Origin: Asterias rubens
Lineage: Eukaryota
Assembly: GCF_902459465.1 (NCBI RefSeq)
Contig: NC_047082.1
Coordinates: 868,001 to 932,000, forward strand
Length of the DNA stretch: 64,000 nt
Direction: 5' to 3'
Shown: positions 13,001 through 24,715 of the stretch, piece by piece
How positions within the stretch are numbered: the first letter of the stretch is position 1
Layout: the number at the start of each line of letters is the position of its first letter
Notes under the pieces: generated by a model
Told to the model about the DNA's origin: nothing
What the model saw: the letters and a program-made list of their open reading frames with translations, nothing else
Database searches by the model: none
Program-made: the position numbers and the translations under genes

Positions 13001-15499
13001 GACCAATTCAAGAACTGACTCCGCGGACGTGCAGTTATTTACGACCCTGAAAGCTATTGAAGTAGTAGTCCCATCCAACCTTCCGCCCAGGTAATAGTTA
13101 ACCAGCAGGACAGTTCTTTTCACAACTGAGAAGTCTCCCGAACATCCGATAAATCTACTCCGCGGTAGTAGAATAAAGAAAGACAGTTCTCTAAGAACAA
13201 ACTCTACCTGACATGAGTTACCACAAACCAGTAATTAATGTGGTTATGCAAAAATAATTGTAAAGAATTTGAAACTGAGAAGCGTTACTGTCAGTGACGT
13301 TTCTCAGTTTGTGTATTCCTATGGGGGATAATTCTTCCAGCCTGGACTTATTTGCACCGGATTTTCAAAGGTTTGCCTTTAGACAGCCCACTCATTACAA
13401 AGTCTATATACAAAAACTCGTCCTTAACAACAACATCGCCCCCAACAAAGTTGCCTTCTGCGACACTGGCGGGAGGGGGGGGGGGGGGGCGGGCGACTTT
13501 GTAGGGGCGAGCTTGTACATGGAGGAGCGAGCTTGCTGGGGGCGACTTCGCAGGGGGCGACTTTGTAGGGGGCGACTTTGCCGGGGGCGAGATGACTGAC
13601 AATCAATACAACCACCCAAAGAAAAAACTTCTGTCTGAGAAAACTCGGACCCAGATCTGCGAAGTGTTTGGCAACACAATGGGAATAATTTCCCATGGTC
13701 TAAACAGAGCAGGTGCTATATTTCAACGGTTTTGCCGTAAATCTCCGTGGAATTAAGTTAGTGCGTCCACTTCACAGCGAGGGCCTACAAATTATAACAA
13801 CCATGTTGACAATCTGGTTTATGGAAATGAGGTACGATGCATAGCCTGGGGTGTTTAAATTCACACCATGGATGCAGATACATATATATACAGAAAAGAT
13901 ACAAAACATAAGGTGTTGAAATAGAATTTCTGCCAGAAACAAATTCATTATTTTTGTGTTTTTTGCACACCCTCTTTGTTAATATTTTGCTTTTGTCTTC
14001 GGTATCTTAATGTAACAACACCAGGAGCAAGTTCGATCAAGGGACTATAGTTGACTTTTGTTGACCATTGGGCGATTTTGCCTGGTACCCAGGATGTATT
14101 TCATGCAAAGGTAATCATGGAACATTGACTATGACGATTGCTGATCGAACTTGCCCATGGTGTCAATTTGAACTCGGTTTTTGCATTTTATATTCGACTT
14201 TTTATGCAAGCTTTCATATCTTTTCTTTTTCACATGGAAATACCAGTTACGTCAATCAGCAAAGCTATTTTTGTCGGCTTCCCTATTTATCTTAGACCCC
14301 TGAATAATATGGCGCTGGTTGCTGCGACTTCTTGCTGTTTTTTGTATTTGTGTGTGTTGACTGACACGTTGTAAGGGGCGCCTGTTTGGGTATTCTTGCG
14401 GGATTCCCCTCAAAACTACCTCATAGCGGGATAGAAAATGAATTTGCTCAAACAATTTATGGTGATACAAATTTACTTGGTAAGAACATGAATAAAAGAA
14501 GAAGTATAGCAGTGTGAGGTAGTATATCTTTGAGAAATTGTTCACTTCGAAGTAGTGTTGTTATGGAAAAAGATATCTTTTTGTTCTACCCCGTCCCCCA
14601 AATTTTGAATCTGAGAAGCGTTACTGACAGTGGCGCTTTTCAGAGTGTGGTTAACGGATAGTTGTTATCGCACAGCTAGTGTTGTTAATGGTCAAAGGTC
14701 AGTGGCCACACTTTGTGTGGCTCTAAGTTATACATGAAATAAACACCTGTTGAAGTTTTAGCTCAATCGGTCATCAGCGTCAGAAGAACATAGCGAAGAA
14801 AATAAATCAACGTTTTCACTGTTTTCAAAGATAATGTTCATACACATGTTCATACACACCTAGAGCGTTAAAGGCAAACATACTTCTAGGAAAGTTTGCC
14901 TATGCCCATCTTTATACCAAGTTATGATCAAATAATTGTGTGCATATTTTCAAGCTCAAGTTACAAGGTGTAGAGGGAAAATCATAATATGCTTGAATTT
15001 TAAATATAGTATTTGGGAAAACGTTCCGTATCCTGCCAGCACCTTTTCACTCATTCTTACGAAAAGGAATATCTCATTTGATTGAGTTAGATACAATTTA
15101 AATTCATAACGAATAAAATAATGGTGGCAGGATCCGGAAGTGTGTCCAGTATTTGTAGCAACAACAAAACGCTTGCAATTCAATTAAATCACACATGGAT
15201 GCGCCCACACTTGAATCAACAAAGCGATATTAGTCACCAATGATTCATATCGATTTATGGTAAAACATGTATTTTCCTTCCTCCTTGGGTAAACATTACT
15301 GAACCGCACTATCTAATACACGGTTGACCCACTAAATCGTTAACAAACTATTGATCATCGCAAATACTTACATAAAGCAAACACCACCAGGTCGTGGCCG
15401 TTCATCCATGCCGTCACTTTGACGTTTCACACGGCGTGGATCTCCGTGCGAATCCCGCAAACGATCACTGTTCCCGGAAGCTCTACGTACACTCGTCAT
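7073..15499 (-). CDS. DISP1: Protein dispatched homolog (RND/sterol-sensing-domain Hedgehog release protein), 4 coding exons, ~1188 aa
   Basis: Exons (-): 15499-15372, 11520-11397, 10844-10676, 10218-7073. All introns are GT-AG and phases are consistent (128+124+169+3146=3567 nt). Contains ELPDFSNP/GFETRGT after TM1, RVKR before the conserved FC, TWSLGNYIAL, SSD TM4 GVGADDTFVF and TM10 GLSVDFTIHY, matching vertebrate DISP1/2 landmarks as I recall them. Confidence 0.93.
12042..12230 (+). mobile_element. tRNA-derived SINE family 1; copies at 27316-27645 (+, dimeric), 35995-36172 (-), 51170-51322 (-) and 56310-56465 (-)
   Basis: Pol III A box TGGTCTAGTTGG and B box GGTTCGAATCC, followed by a conserved non-tRNA body (GTGATTTTGTTCACAGAACTCGG...CCAAAATTAATATT). 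Confidence 0.8.
12681..12842 (+). repeat. Dispersed repeat shared with ~48980-49142
   Basis: CCAACTCATT...TCTGGTGCCATGTTTGCGCAA..ATGTTAGCATTCATTACTG...CCAAGATGGTGACAGCGTGA occurs at both sites. Confidence 0.75.
12963..13230 (+). mobile_element. Penelope-like non-autonomous remnant with degenerate hammerhead head; related copies at ~30904-31060, ~41240-41400 and ~62670-62860
   Basis: CUGACGA-A-GACUAG(AGCAAG)CUAGUC-CAAA-CGUU at 12965-12998, followed by a shared body (ctactccgcggtagtagaataaag..acagttctctaagaacaa) found in four places in both orientations. Confidence 0.55.
13490..13597. repeat. ~15-bp GC-rich tandem array (GGGGGCGACTTTGT)n; short related copies at ~38409 and ~39421
   Basis: Read directly. 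Confidence 0.8.
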
Positions 15500-16477
15500 G
15501 TTATCAATATCTTATTTTGTTAAAGACACTGTCTCTTGAATCATGGAGGAAGAAAACTAACACTGCACGCAAAAGTACACCGACTATCAGGGTATAACGT
15601 GTGTGAACATGCACATCAATATCATAAGTCATGATATTAATGATGCCACCGAACCCCTGTTGTTTCAAAATGAAGACTACATTATTTCTGAGCAGGATAT
15701 ACAGTTATTCAATACCAGACTTATTTCCGTAATGTTGGTGTTAGTTATTGCTCCATGCATAGAGCAAACTCTAGACGTTAGACAAGTACCAGTGCGTACC
15801 GCCGTACTGCAGTCGTACACGCACTTTATGTGTACACCTGTGTCATACAGTTCCAGTACACGTGAGACGCACCCAGGTGGAACGGTTGTGCAAGCAGACG
15901 TGGAATAAGTGAAAGTAGAAGGAAATGACTGGACATTATTTTGTTCGTCGAGGGTCTTTTGTAACCTATTATTTGACGAGAACATACATGTTGTATTATA
16001 AAGAAAGGACATCTTTGTAACCTAACAAATACTAAGCCGGGCTGATGGTTTTTTTCAAGGGGCATAATCCTAAATTAATTGCCTCGCTTTCATATCGAAT
16101 GAGCATGCTACAAAAAGTAATGAGCAGTTTTCCGTCATCGAAGTACGCTCATTTATATAGTTGTAAACAGCTTGACATTTTCATAACAATAATAATAGCC
16201 CCTCTAGCACAAAGCGCTTCACAGAAGCTAGACAGAAATAGAATAGTCATTTGTTGGCTTTGAGTTCAGCAACCCGTAAGCCAACTGTTAACGGGACCGA
16301 TTATTTGTCTGTTTGCTTAGGATTTTCAATTATGACTGGTGCTGGTCTAGGGTATTTTGGCAATTTCATGGTAAACACGTCTACGTTTGATACTGACTGA
16401 ATCTGATTTTGTAAATATTTTTTTTAATAAAATTGTAGTTTATTTATTCATGATTGTTATTATTTTTTATTTTGCAG

Positions 16478-17956
16478 GTTGATGTAACCAGTGGCCGGGA
16501 CCAGTCTTTGACACTGCGTCACCACAATGACCTCAAAGCAGACGATATGAGGTATACTAACAAACAGGCATCGCTAAACGAATTGAGGTACAACCGAGGG
16601 ACTGTATCTAACGAGAAGAGGTACGAGAATGCAAAAACCTCACCAGCTGAGTCTGATACTAGACCAAAACTGGAGAGAGATAGAACCTCTCCAACTGGAT
16701 CTAGACAGGGTGAAGATGATACCTCTAGGAGTAGACCTCTGCCGGAACACATCCAAGGTGCCACCACAACTTTACCTAAGCAAGAAAGTGCAACCACAAC
16801 TAGACCTAAGCACGACCAAGGTGCTACCACAACTAGACCTAAGCACGACCAAGGTGCTAACCCAACTAGACCTAAGCACGACCAAGGTGCTAACCCAACT
16901 AGACCTAAGCACGACCAAGGTGCTAACCCAACTAGACCTAAGCACGACCAAGGTGCTACCCGAACTAGACCTAACAGTACCTCTCTACCAGTAGCCTCAC
17001 AAGACAAAAACTCAACAATGAACTCCTCGACAAAAAAGCAGAACAAAAGCACCAATATCGTAAACAATGAGGGTTACATGCAATTAAATTCGTCTCTGTA
17101 TGAAAAGTGGACGCAAGAGCAAGAGTTGAAAAAGAAACACGTCCAAGATACATGTAAGTCCCTCCGGAGTGATTCCAGGTCAGCCAACCTCAAATATGAC
17201 CTAACTGAAGCGGTACTCAAAACACTCAACCATCTCCTAGTAGTGGACTCGCACAAAATCATTTACTGCTACGTTCCGAAAATCGGATGTACAAGCTGGA
17301 AGCGGATTCTTCTGGTGTTACTTGAGAAAATTAAAAGAGTCGAGGATGTTTCCCACATGGGTGCACACTACACACCAATTCCAAACCTATCAAAGTTCAC
17401 TCTAGACGAAGTAAAACAGCGATTAAGAAACTACACCACTTTCATGATCACAAGGGATCCGGTCGAGAGGGTGGTTTCATGTTTCAGGGACAAATTTGAG
17501 AAGGACAATCCGGACAACCGTGCCTTACAACGGAACGTCATGCCGGGCATCCAGGGTAAATCCGGTAACTATAACAAATCCGACAAGATCCTGCCCAAGG
17601 TTGACTTTCCACAGTTTGCACGGTACGTCTCTGACTCCCAGAACATTTTCGGTAACTACGGACCGACGGAACACTGGAACGAGGTGTATAAAATGTGCCA
17701 TCCCTGCTTGGTGAGGTACGACTTCATTGGGGAGTTCGATAAGCTGACCCGGGACTCGGAACTCATTTTGAAGGCAACGGGACTCGAAAACACCGTGAGG
17801 TTTCCGAAGGCAACGAACCCTACCAATAGCTCCGGCGATTCCGTAACGAATAAATATTTATCGTTATTGAATAAGACAGAGATCACTGCTCTTAATAAGA
17901 GATATGAAATTGATGCCGAGTTATTTGGGTATTCCGATCAACCAGTGCCGCTTTAA
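16478..17956 (+). CDS. Carbohydrate sulfotransferase (HNK-1ST/C4ST, CHST8-14-like Sulfotransfer_2 family): stem plus catalytic exon
   Basis: Strong acceptor ttttgcag|GTT at 16477/16478 (phase 0). 5'-PAPS-binding CYVPKIGCTSWKR, 3'-phosphate-binding ITRDPVERVVSCFRDK and C-terminal CHPCLVRYDFIG. No signal anchor in this exon, so upstream exons are required. Confidence 0.9.
   Translation, partial: VDVTSGRDQSLTLRHHNDLKADDMRYTNKQASLNELRYNRGTVSNEKRYENAKTSPAESDTRPKLERDRTSPTGSRQGEDDTSRSRPLPEHIQGATTTLPKQESATTTRPKHDQGATTTRPKHDQGANPTRPKHDQGANPTRPKHDQGANPTRPKHDQGATRTRPNSTSLPVASQDKNSTMNSSTKKQNKSTNIVNNEGYMQLNSSLYEKWTQEQELKKKHVQDTCKSLRSDSRSANLKYDLTEAVLKTLNHLLVVDSHKIIYCYVPKIGCTSWKRILLVLLEKIKRVEDVSHMGAHYTPIPNLSKFTLDEVKQRLRNYTTFMITRDPVERVVSCFRDKFEKDNPDNRALQRNVMPGIQGKSGNYNKSDKILPKVDFPQFARYVSDSQNIFGNYGPTEHWNEVYKMCHPCLVRYDFIGEFDKLTRDSELILKATGLENTVRFPKATNPTNSSGDSVTNKYLSLLNKTEITALNKRYEIDAELFGYSDQPVPL
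16754..16974 (+). repeat. Coding 33-bp tandem repeat (TRPKHDQGANP, ~6.5 copies) in the sulfotransferase stem
   Basis: Unit ACTAGACCTAAGCACGACCAAGGTGCTAACCCA is read directly; central copies are identical and 5' copies degenerate. Confidence 0.92.
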
Positions 17957-20589
17957 GTGAATACTTATGAACGCTAGGTGGCAGCAGACTTTCCAATTTC
18001 CATCGAGTACGTCGTTCTGAACATGCGCACATTTCCAAGAACAATGGACCTGTTAAGTCTGCTGTCCCTAGAAGTCTTCTATTTGAACATCCCACCATGT
18101 CGAACCGCGAACTCTAACACACAGGTATGGGTACAAGTGAACATCACCAGAAGCACACACTGCCATTAACATTTATTTGCTGCAATATTAATGATACGGT
18201 AAAAAATAACCGTTATTTTGGAAATGTTAATCTGATTCCTAGTTTGGGGTGCAAAGTAAGTGGCTCTGAAAAGAGCCAGTTTTTCCTCGACGTTTCGATC
18301 AGTGGGCTCTGACTGTCTTCTTAAGTCAGTGATGCATCTATATTATAAATGTGAATCCTTCTTGAAGAAGGTTAAAAGACCTAGGTCAAAATGACTAGGG
18401 TGGATATTTATGTGGTACATAAGCCTAGGGCCTACACGAGCGGTAATGTCCTCACAATTTTCGACCTAATCGAATTCTCAAAATCAGTAGCAGAACGTCT
18501 GTTCGGGTCAAAAAGTGATGCCTTATTATAATAATATCACGGGACATTTTTGGTTAGCTAGCAGTTTGCAGCGGTTTGTGTTGCTCTTTTTGTTTCTCTG
18601 CGTACCTGTCATTGTTTCACACATTGTAGAGGTCTCGAGCTAGGTCGTGGGACCTGGCAACGTGCCCTAGTAGGGTGCCTGGTAGGGGGGTTGGCTCGCT
18701 TTGACCCAATTACCATTGTGTCAAAACGCAGCCCTTGGACCCAGACGTTTTGTTCAAGGGCAGGATCCGGTTTTTAGGGGAGGAAGACTGAAAGCCCCTT
18801 TTAATTTGTTGTAGGCCTGTTTTGGTGAATGATGTTTATTGTTGTGTTTATTGGTTTGATTTTTAACATTTATTGATTATTATTTTGATATTTTACTTTT
18901 ATAATCGGCTATTATTTATTTGATGTTTATTATTTGCAGGGAAAGGGATGGGATATGGCATCAGATTAAATATTTGTTATCTTTAATTCTTTTCAAATTA
19001 TGTAATAAAATCTCAAACTAGATGATCGATTTCATTAGTAAAATAGTAAGTTAAAATTCGCTAATCTTGGTGCTACCCGCTTCCATTTTATTAAACATTC
19101 ACTTAGAATGTAGCTTTTAAAACCGTTGTACTTGTATGTGAGAGAATAATAACTTGGTTTTATCAGGGCTGACCTAGCCACTGTTATAAATACAAGCTCG
19201 TCATTTTTTAAAGCTAAAGGCCAAGGACTACCCCAAGGACTACCCGCACCTCGCCAACACCTTCAATCATGACCACCAGCAGCTGCAGTGTGTGTCCTTA
19301 TTAGCTTCGGTACTACCAGGCTTCTTTAGGCAGAAAAAAATATCAAAGTTTCACCTGTATTGTTTACCCTAAAAATGGTGTACTAATGGTTTTTTTTTGT
19401 AAACGGTTATGATTGGCCCATGTATCGTTTGCCACTCTCGCAAGTTGACAACCGTAGTTATTTTTTTATTTTTTTCAAACCACTCCGAAAATTACCCCAG
19501 TCCACGACGAGGACGTACAACTGTCCAGAAATTGCTATAAGTTCCATAAATATTGCGGATACACAAGGCCGCTTTGAACAAATTCCTACTGAAACATCGG
19601 GGTCGCAAACAACACACACTCGCCCTCTTGCAAAGTTGGTCAAAATTATAAAAGAGAATTACAGCTGTAACTAAAATCCTTACCACCCACACCAAAAAAC
19701 TTGCTATACGCGTTTGTTGTTTGCCAAGACACCTAAGCTTTGTTTACAGTGCTGAACCCAAATGGTTTTAGACCTTAATGAAATCCACGTTTACCCAAGA
19801 CTGTGGCTGTTGAAGACAGTTTGGTCTTGTCCCGTTCGATAGAAACTAACCAAGTTATAGCACAATGGCTCACGGGAAGCTACTGTGTCAGCAGATCACA
19901 AACTATAAACTCAAATCAAGTTTCAATTCGGTTACTGTCAATTCCAAAGCTGTGTTGTACTAGACTCTAGTTAACCTGTATTGACCCTATAAATCAGAAC
20001 TGTATCCCCCGGCCTCGCGCCCCCGCCCCCTGTGAACAATTATTATTGACTCACCAAAACAATGATATTGTAACAATGTGAGGAGGACTTCATGGTTTGC
20101 TGTGGATTGTGCCGCCTCCGGGATCGACCAAGGAGCGAGGTTGGGGAATGAACAACATTGGTAAACTCTGTGTGAACAGTCGTTATTTTTTGTTCGAATT
20201 GGGATCTGGTGTCCCCGGGAATTTCGTCCGCCGGAGATCATTCTGTCCTCTTTATGAGATTTGATGGGCTGGAGGAGGAGCATTCAGAAGAGGGCGCTGT
20301 CAGAAGACGTTTGTACACAGAATCTCAGACGGGGACTGAATCTCATCCCACAGCATGGCATTTGCTTAAAAAATTAGGCGAATGAAAAAAACGAGATCGA
20401 CACCCTCTCAAGTCCGGTGATGAAGCAAAGTTCTAGATTTGAACTTAATTTAAAACAGACAAAAAGTAAAAGTAAATAACTTACAGAATTAACACTCGTA
20501 TTATTATACTGAACTTTGTATCTTACGTCGTTACAATTCGACTGACGATATCAAAATTAATACGGACTTGAGTGAAAACTTTATTATTA

Positions 20590-20718
20590 GGCCGTGTCCG
20601 AAACGACGACTTCGGCTACAGCTACGTCTAGATCAGCGCGTCTACCAGGGTTGAAGAATAGGCAGACGCGCGCGATCTAGCCGTAGCTGTAGCCGAAGTC
20701 GCCGTTTCGGACACGGCC
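20590..20718. mobile_element. 129-bp hairpin MITE with TTA target duplication (PIF/Harbinger-like)
   Basis: TTA|GGCCGTGTCCGAAACGACGACTTCGGCTACAGCTAC...GTAGCTGTAGCCGAAGTCGCCGTTTCGGACACGGCC|TTA. Confidence 0.85.
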
Positions 20719-21871
20719 TTATACTCACTTATTATTTATTGTAACGACAGAGGGCGACAGTCAAAACCAGCTCCAAAAAGGGAAAGCGCCCTCAATATTT
20801 TAGTGAAGTTCATTCGGCGTTACCGTTCAACACGGAAGTACGCAAGACATGCAAGAAGCTGCAAACGAATGTGAAAGTTTTAAACTTGAAGTAGATTGCA
20901 GAAATTAAAAGATGTGAAATTTCATAGACTGTGTATTACATGTAAGCCATTGTCGTTGATTAGCAGAGTCAGAGGTAGGAGTAATGATTCAAATAGATGA
21001 AAATGTCACTGTCAGGTTTTCGTGTCTTGCAGGAGGAGGAACTCACTCTTTCTTTCTTTTTTATTTGAGTATTGTTTTACTGTTGAGTTGAGTCTTGATT
21101 GTTGGTTACCGTTATGTTGGTTGTTTGGGCTTCGCTTCAGCAGTTCCTTCTACCTCCATGGTAGCACTCAGTACATGCTCATTGTCACTCACTACTGCAC
21201 CGGTCTGACTGTTGACAGTTTATCCAGGGGAAAATAGGGAATGGGAAATATTAATCGACACTTTTTAGTGTGCTGTTTTAGTGTGCTGTTTTAGTGTTTA
21301 CTTTAGTTTTACTTTTAACACTGAACTTAGTGATAGTGCCGCTCAGAGGAGCATTGCCGTTTTATTCATTTACATTGAACATTATAGCTGCCATTCCATT
21401 GTTTGCCGGTGGAAAACTTTCTGTATCCTGCAATCACTTTTTCAACCATTTTTACAAAAAAGGAATGTCTCATTTTTATAGGTAAATATTTTAGATTTGA
21501 TAACGAAAGAAAAAGTGCTGGCAGGATACTACAAACTTTCTCAAAATAGATATTATTTAGTTGAATTGGTGGGCAAGCGAGGGCCTCAGATAGGGGAAAA
21601 AGCATGTAGATTCTAACTATTGCCATCGATGTTGTATTGTGACATTCGCACTTTGCTTAGCAATTGTCTTTCCGAAATCTGTGTATTTTGTTTAGTCTTT
21701 ACTCTTTGTCATTTCATGCTGTCTGTGTGCGTAGTAGGACTATCTGTTATTGATATTGATTTAATGCCTTTTTATTGTTGCACATTTCCCCAGGAAGAAA
21801 CACTTCTAATACAGATCAAGTGCAAGTGATCAGCCTGCTCGTATGAGGCCCTTCAGCCACTTTCACCCTTT

Positions 21872-24715
21872 ATGTTCCGCAAGAAGAAGAAACAGCGCTC
21901 GGACCCTGAAGAAGTAGCCATTGCAGCTGCATTACAAGCAGCCGCCAGTGTCCATACAGGTCATCTGCCGCATCGTCAAGGCAGTCGGGAATCCGCAGTG
22001 CAGACGTCACATCGAGGTCTACAACAAGCAGCTAGTAATCATACTCAGGTATGCTTAGCGAAGTTTCTCCTCAAGGCACATTTGGGATTGACCCCAACAC
22101 AAATCATTGATGTTTGAATACGGGGTGAATATTGCCAAAGTTCAAGCTTCAGGCCTTTTGACCGTGTTCTTCTTTGTGACATTTGATACTCCTTATCATT
22201 AGCTGTGTCTCATATCAGTGCACAGTGGACAATATTTTGATTAATTCTAGGGGAAATCTGTTCTGGGCAGCACAATGTGGTTTTATTCAGAGTGCTAGTC
22301 AAAAATTGTGAGTTGTGGGCATGCCCGCCCGGCACCAACCACCGTGGCTACAGGTTACTGTTTGTAAATGCTTTGTGTAATTTGACGTCTTAATTTTTGT
22401 GTTTGTAGGAAAGTGCCAACATGGTTCATCAGAGTCTTCCAGATAACCACTTGGTGATGAGCAGTCAACACATCACTGACCCTACCTCTGGATTACCAGG
22501 TAACTAATTGTATAATAGTAGTTAGGTTTTTTTATCTCGCTTTACACACGCTTCCAACATTATTACCCCTGGTCACTGGGCCATTTGATTCATTCCATAA
22601 ACCATCTCAGCTCCCTGGGGAGTATACAGCCTGTGCAACAAATATGCGCTATCTACTAAGCTTAATCAATCACAAGAACCATCTCTGCCCTCAAATGTAC
22701 CCAGTTTACCCTAAGTGGGGAGAAGCAATTATAGTTAAAGTGTCTTAAAGTGTTAAAGGAACACAAACCCACACTGTGCTGAACAGAAACACCAGAGCTT
22801 GAGTTCGGTGTTCTTATCCGCTCAGCCACGCCAGGTACAGCATCTTGCAGAAAGTAGTTGTTTACAAACATGACAGCAAAGCTGTCTTGTTAATCACATT
22901 TATGCTAATAATATGTTAATGATATGCTAATACCTTGCAACCACAGGTCAGTTGGTGTCAGTGGATCTGAGTGTGGACTTCTCTGTGCGATACGTTGGAA
23001 TGATTTACAATGCACAGGGACTGCAACATTTCCAGGAAGATGAGGTGGATCTGATTAATGCACTTGATCAAGCTCAGGTATGGACACCCCTCCCCCCCCC
23101 CCACTCCATATTAACCTCCCCACCCCCTAAGGGTTTTAATTACACAGGGGTCACGGAGGCCATGTATTTGTAGACTGGTCTCCTGTCCGTATCCTCTAGA
23201 CTGGTATTGGTTTATGTGAACCGATTACATGTATGTTGGATTTAACTGCGAATCTCCAGAACCATGACAAAGGCCATTAGGGACATGGGCTCAAGGCGGA
23301 TCTCTGGCGTTATACACAAGCCTCGAAGTGTGGCGTCAGATGTTCAGGCTATTGCCTCTGTTGCCCTATTGCCCTAAGGTGAACAATTTGTCATTGTCAT
23401 TGTCACTGTCATTGTCCTATCCGTAGATGGAGAACCAGTTCAAGCATGCAGAAACACAAAGGGACTTTGTTTACCTGAATCTCTCTAAACATGGCGTCAA
23501 GGTCATTGAGTCATATGCCCAAGCACCAAAGGTAAGCTGCAGGTACATTAAAGATCATGTGCACTTTGATTGCCTGTCACGGCTTAGGGATCTAGCGCAC
23601 TGGACTCAAGCTCTGGTATTTTCGATCAGTAGACTGTAGATTTGACTCATCCAGGGCCTAATTCCATAAAGCCTGTAAACTCAAAAACCTGCTAAGCACA
23701 GGAAAATCTTGCTTAGCAAAAACAGATTACCAAACTACATTCCATAAAGTATTCATTGTTGCGACTGGTGCCCCTTCCCATTTTATGCTTAGAAAATAAA
23801 TTTGTTAAAAAAGCAGTACATTTTGTTCAACAGTTTTAGGAAATTGGGCCCTGGGTTTCACTTAGTTTTGATTGACCGTTTGAAACTTTTCTGACGTGGT
23901 TTACAAAATGACCTTAAAATTAATATACTAACAATTTTGAATTAAGATTTTGATTGTAATTTTTTCTCAGATTGTAAGATGGCGATACGGCATGATCGAG
24001 GTCGTTCGCCTCGTTCATTTCGAAGACTCGACAGGAAGTCAACTACTAGCTTTAAAGATATGCAAGGAAGGCGATGATGTCTACGACTGTTTACTGTTCC
24101 ATTGTGAAGACCAGGTAAGAGAATCACAATATATAACACTTCAACATGAAAGAGTTGTAGGTTTCTTTCCCGACTGTTTACAGTTCATAAATACTGTTCC
24201 TGGGAGACAGAATCCCCTGCCATTGTTTGCATTATGATTAAGGCCTGGGTGACTAGTGAAATTTAGTACTGGACTGGTTGCGCTTCAAACAGTTGCAACT
24301 TCGACACTGGTCTTGCGTAATTCCCAAGATGCATTGTGGCATAATGGTTGACGCAGGTGCAATAGTAAAGTGCATAAGAAAAAACTATAAACAAATAGTA
24401 AAGTGTATGCTGAAAGGATTGAAGGATCGTGTCAATTGTCGTGAATATTTGTGAGCGATAATATTTGTTCACCAAGCAGGAAGTCGTGACTGTTTTTGAA
24501 GTAGTCGTGGCGGCACTATTAACCGAGCAGTTTGAAAACGGTAGTCGCTACTCAACTAAGCAATCTATAGCCGCGACTACGACACTAGTCGCACTAGTCG
24601 CCAAGGCTTATTATTGATGTTGCATTTTCTCTTTTAGGCTCAGGCTAGACAGATCTGCCAGCTGCTGGGTGTCCTCTTTGACGCTGTCTGCCAAGATCCA
24701 AGTCTTCAACCTTGA
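21872..24715 (+). CDS. ITGB1BP1: Integrin beta-1-binding protein 1 (ICAP-1), PTB-domain adaptor, 6 coding exons, ~241 aa
   Basis: Exons 21872-22048, 22409-22499, 22947-23077, 23427-23531, 23971-24114, 24638-24715; GT-AG, phases consistent (726 nt). MFRKKKKQR, DFSVRYVG, DLINALDQAQ, LSKHGVKV, VVRLVHFED..LLALK and QARQICQLLGVLFDAV align with human MFRKGKKRH, EFRIKYVG, DLINYIDVAQ, VSKYGIKV, IIRMVCYDD..LLALK and QAQAICKVLSTAFDSV (recalled). Confidence 0.9.
24239..24610. mobile_element. TIR MITE in ICAP-1 intron 5
   Basis: TAAGGCCTGGGTGACTAGTG ... CACTAGTCGCCAAGGCTTA inverted ends. Confidence 0.6.

Noticed and set aside
13294-13696. Pro/Arg/Gly-rich ORFs on both strands
   Set aside because: By-products of a poly-G run and a GC-rich 15-bp tandem array.
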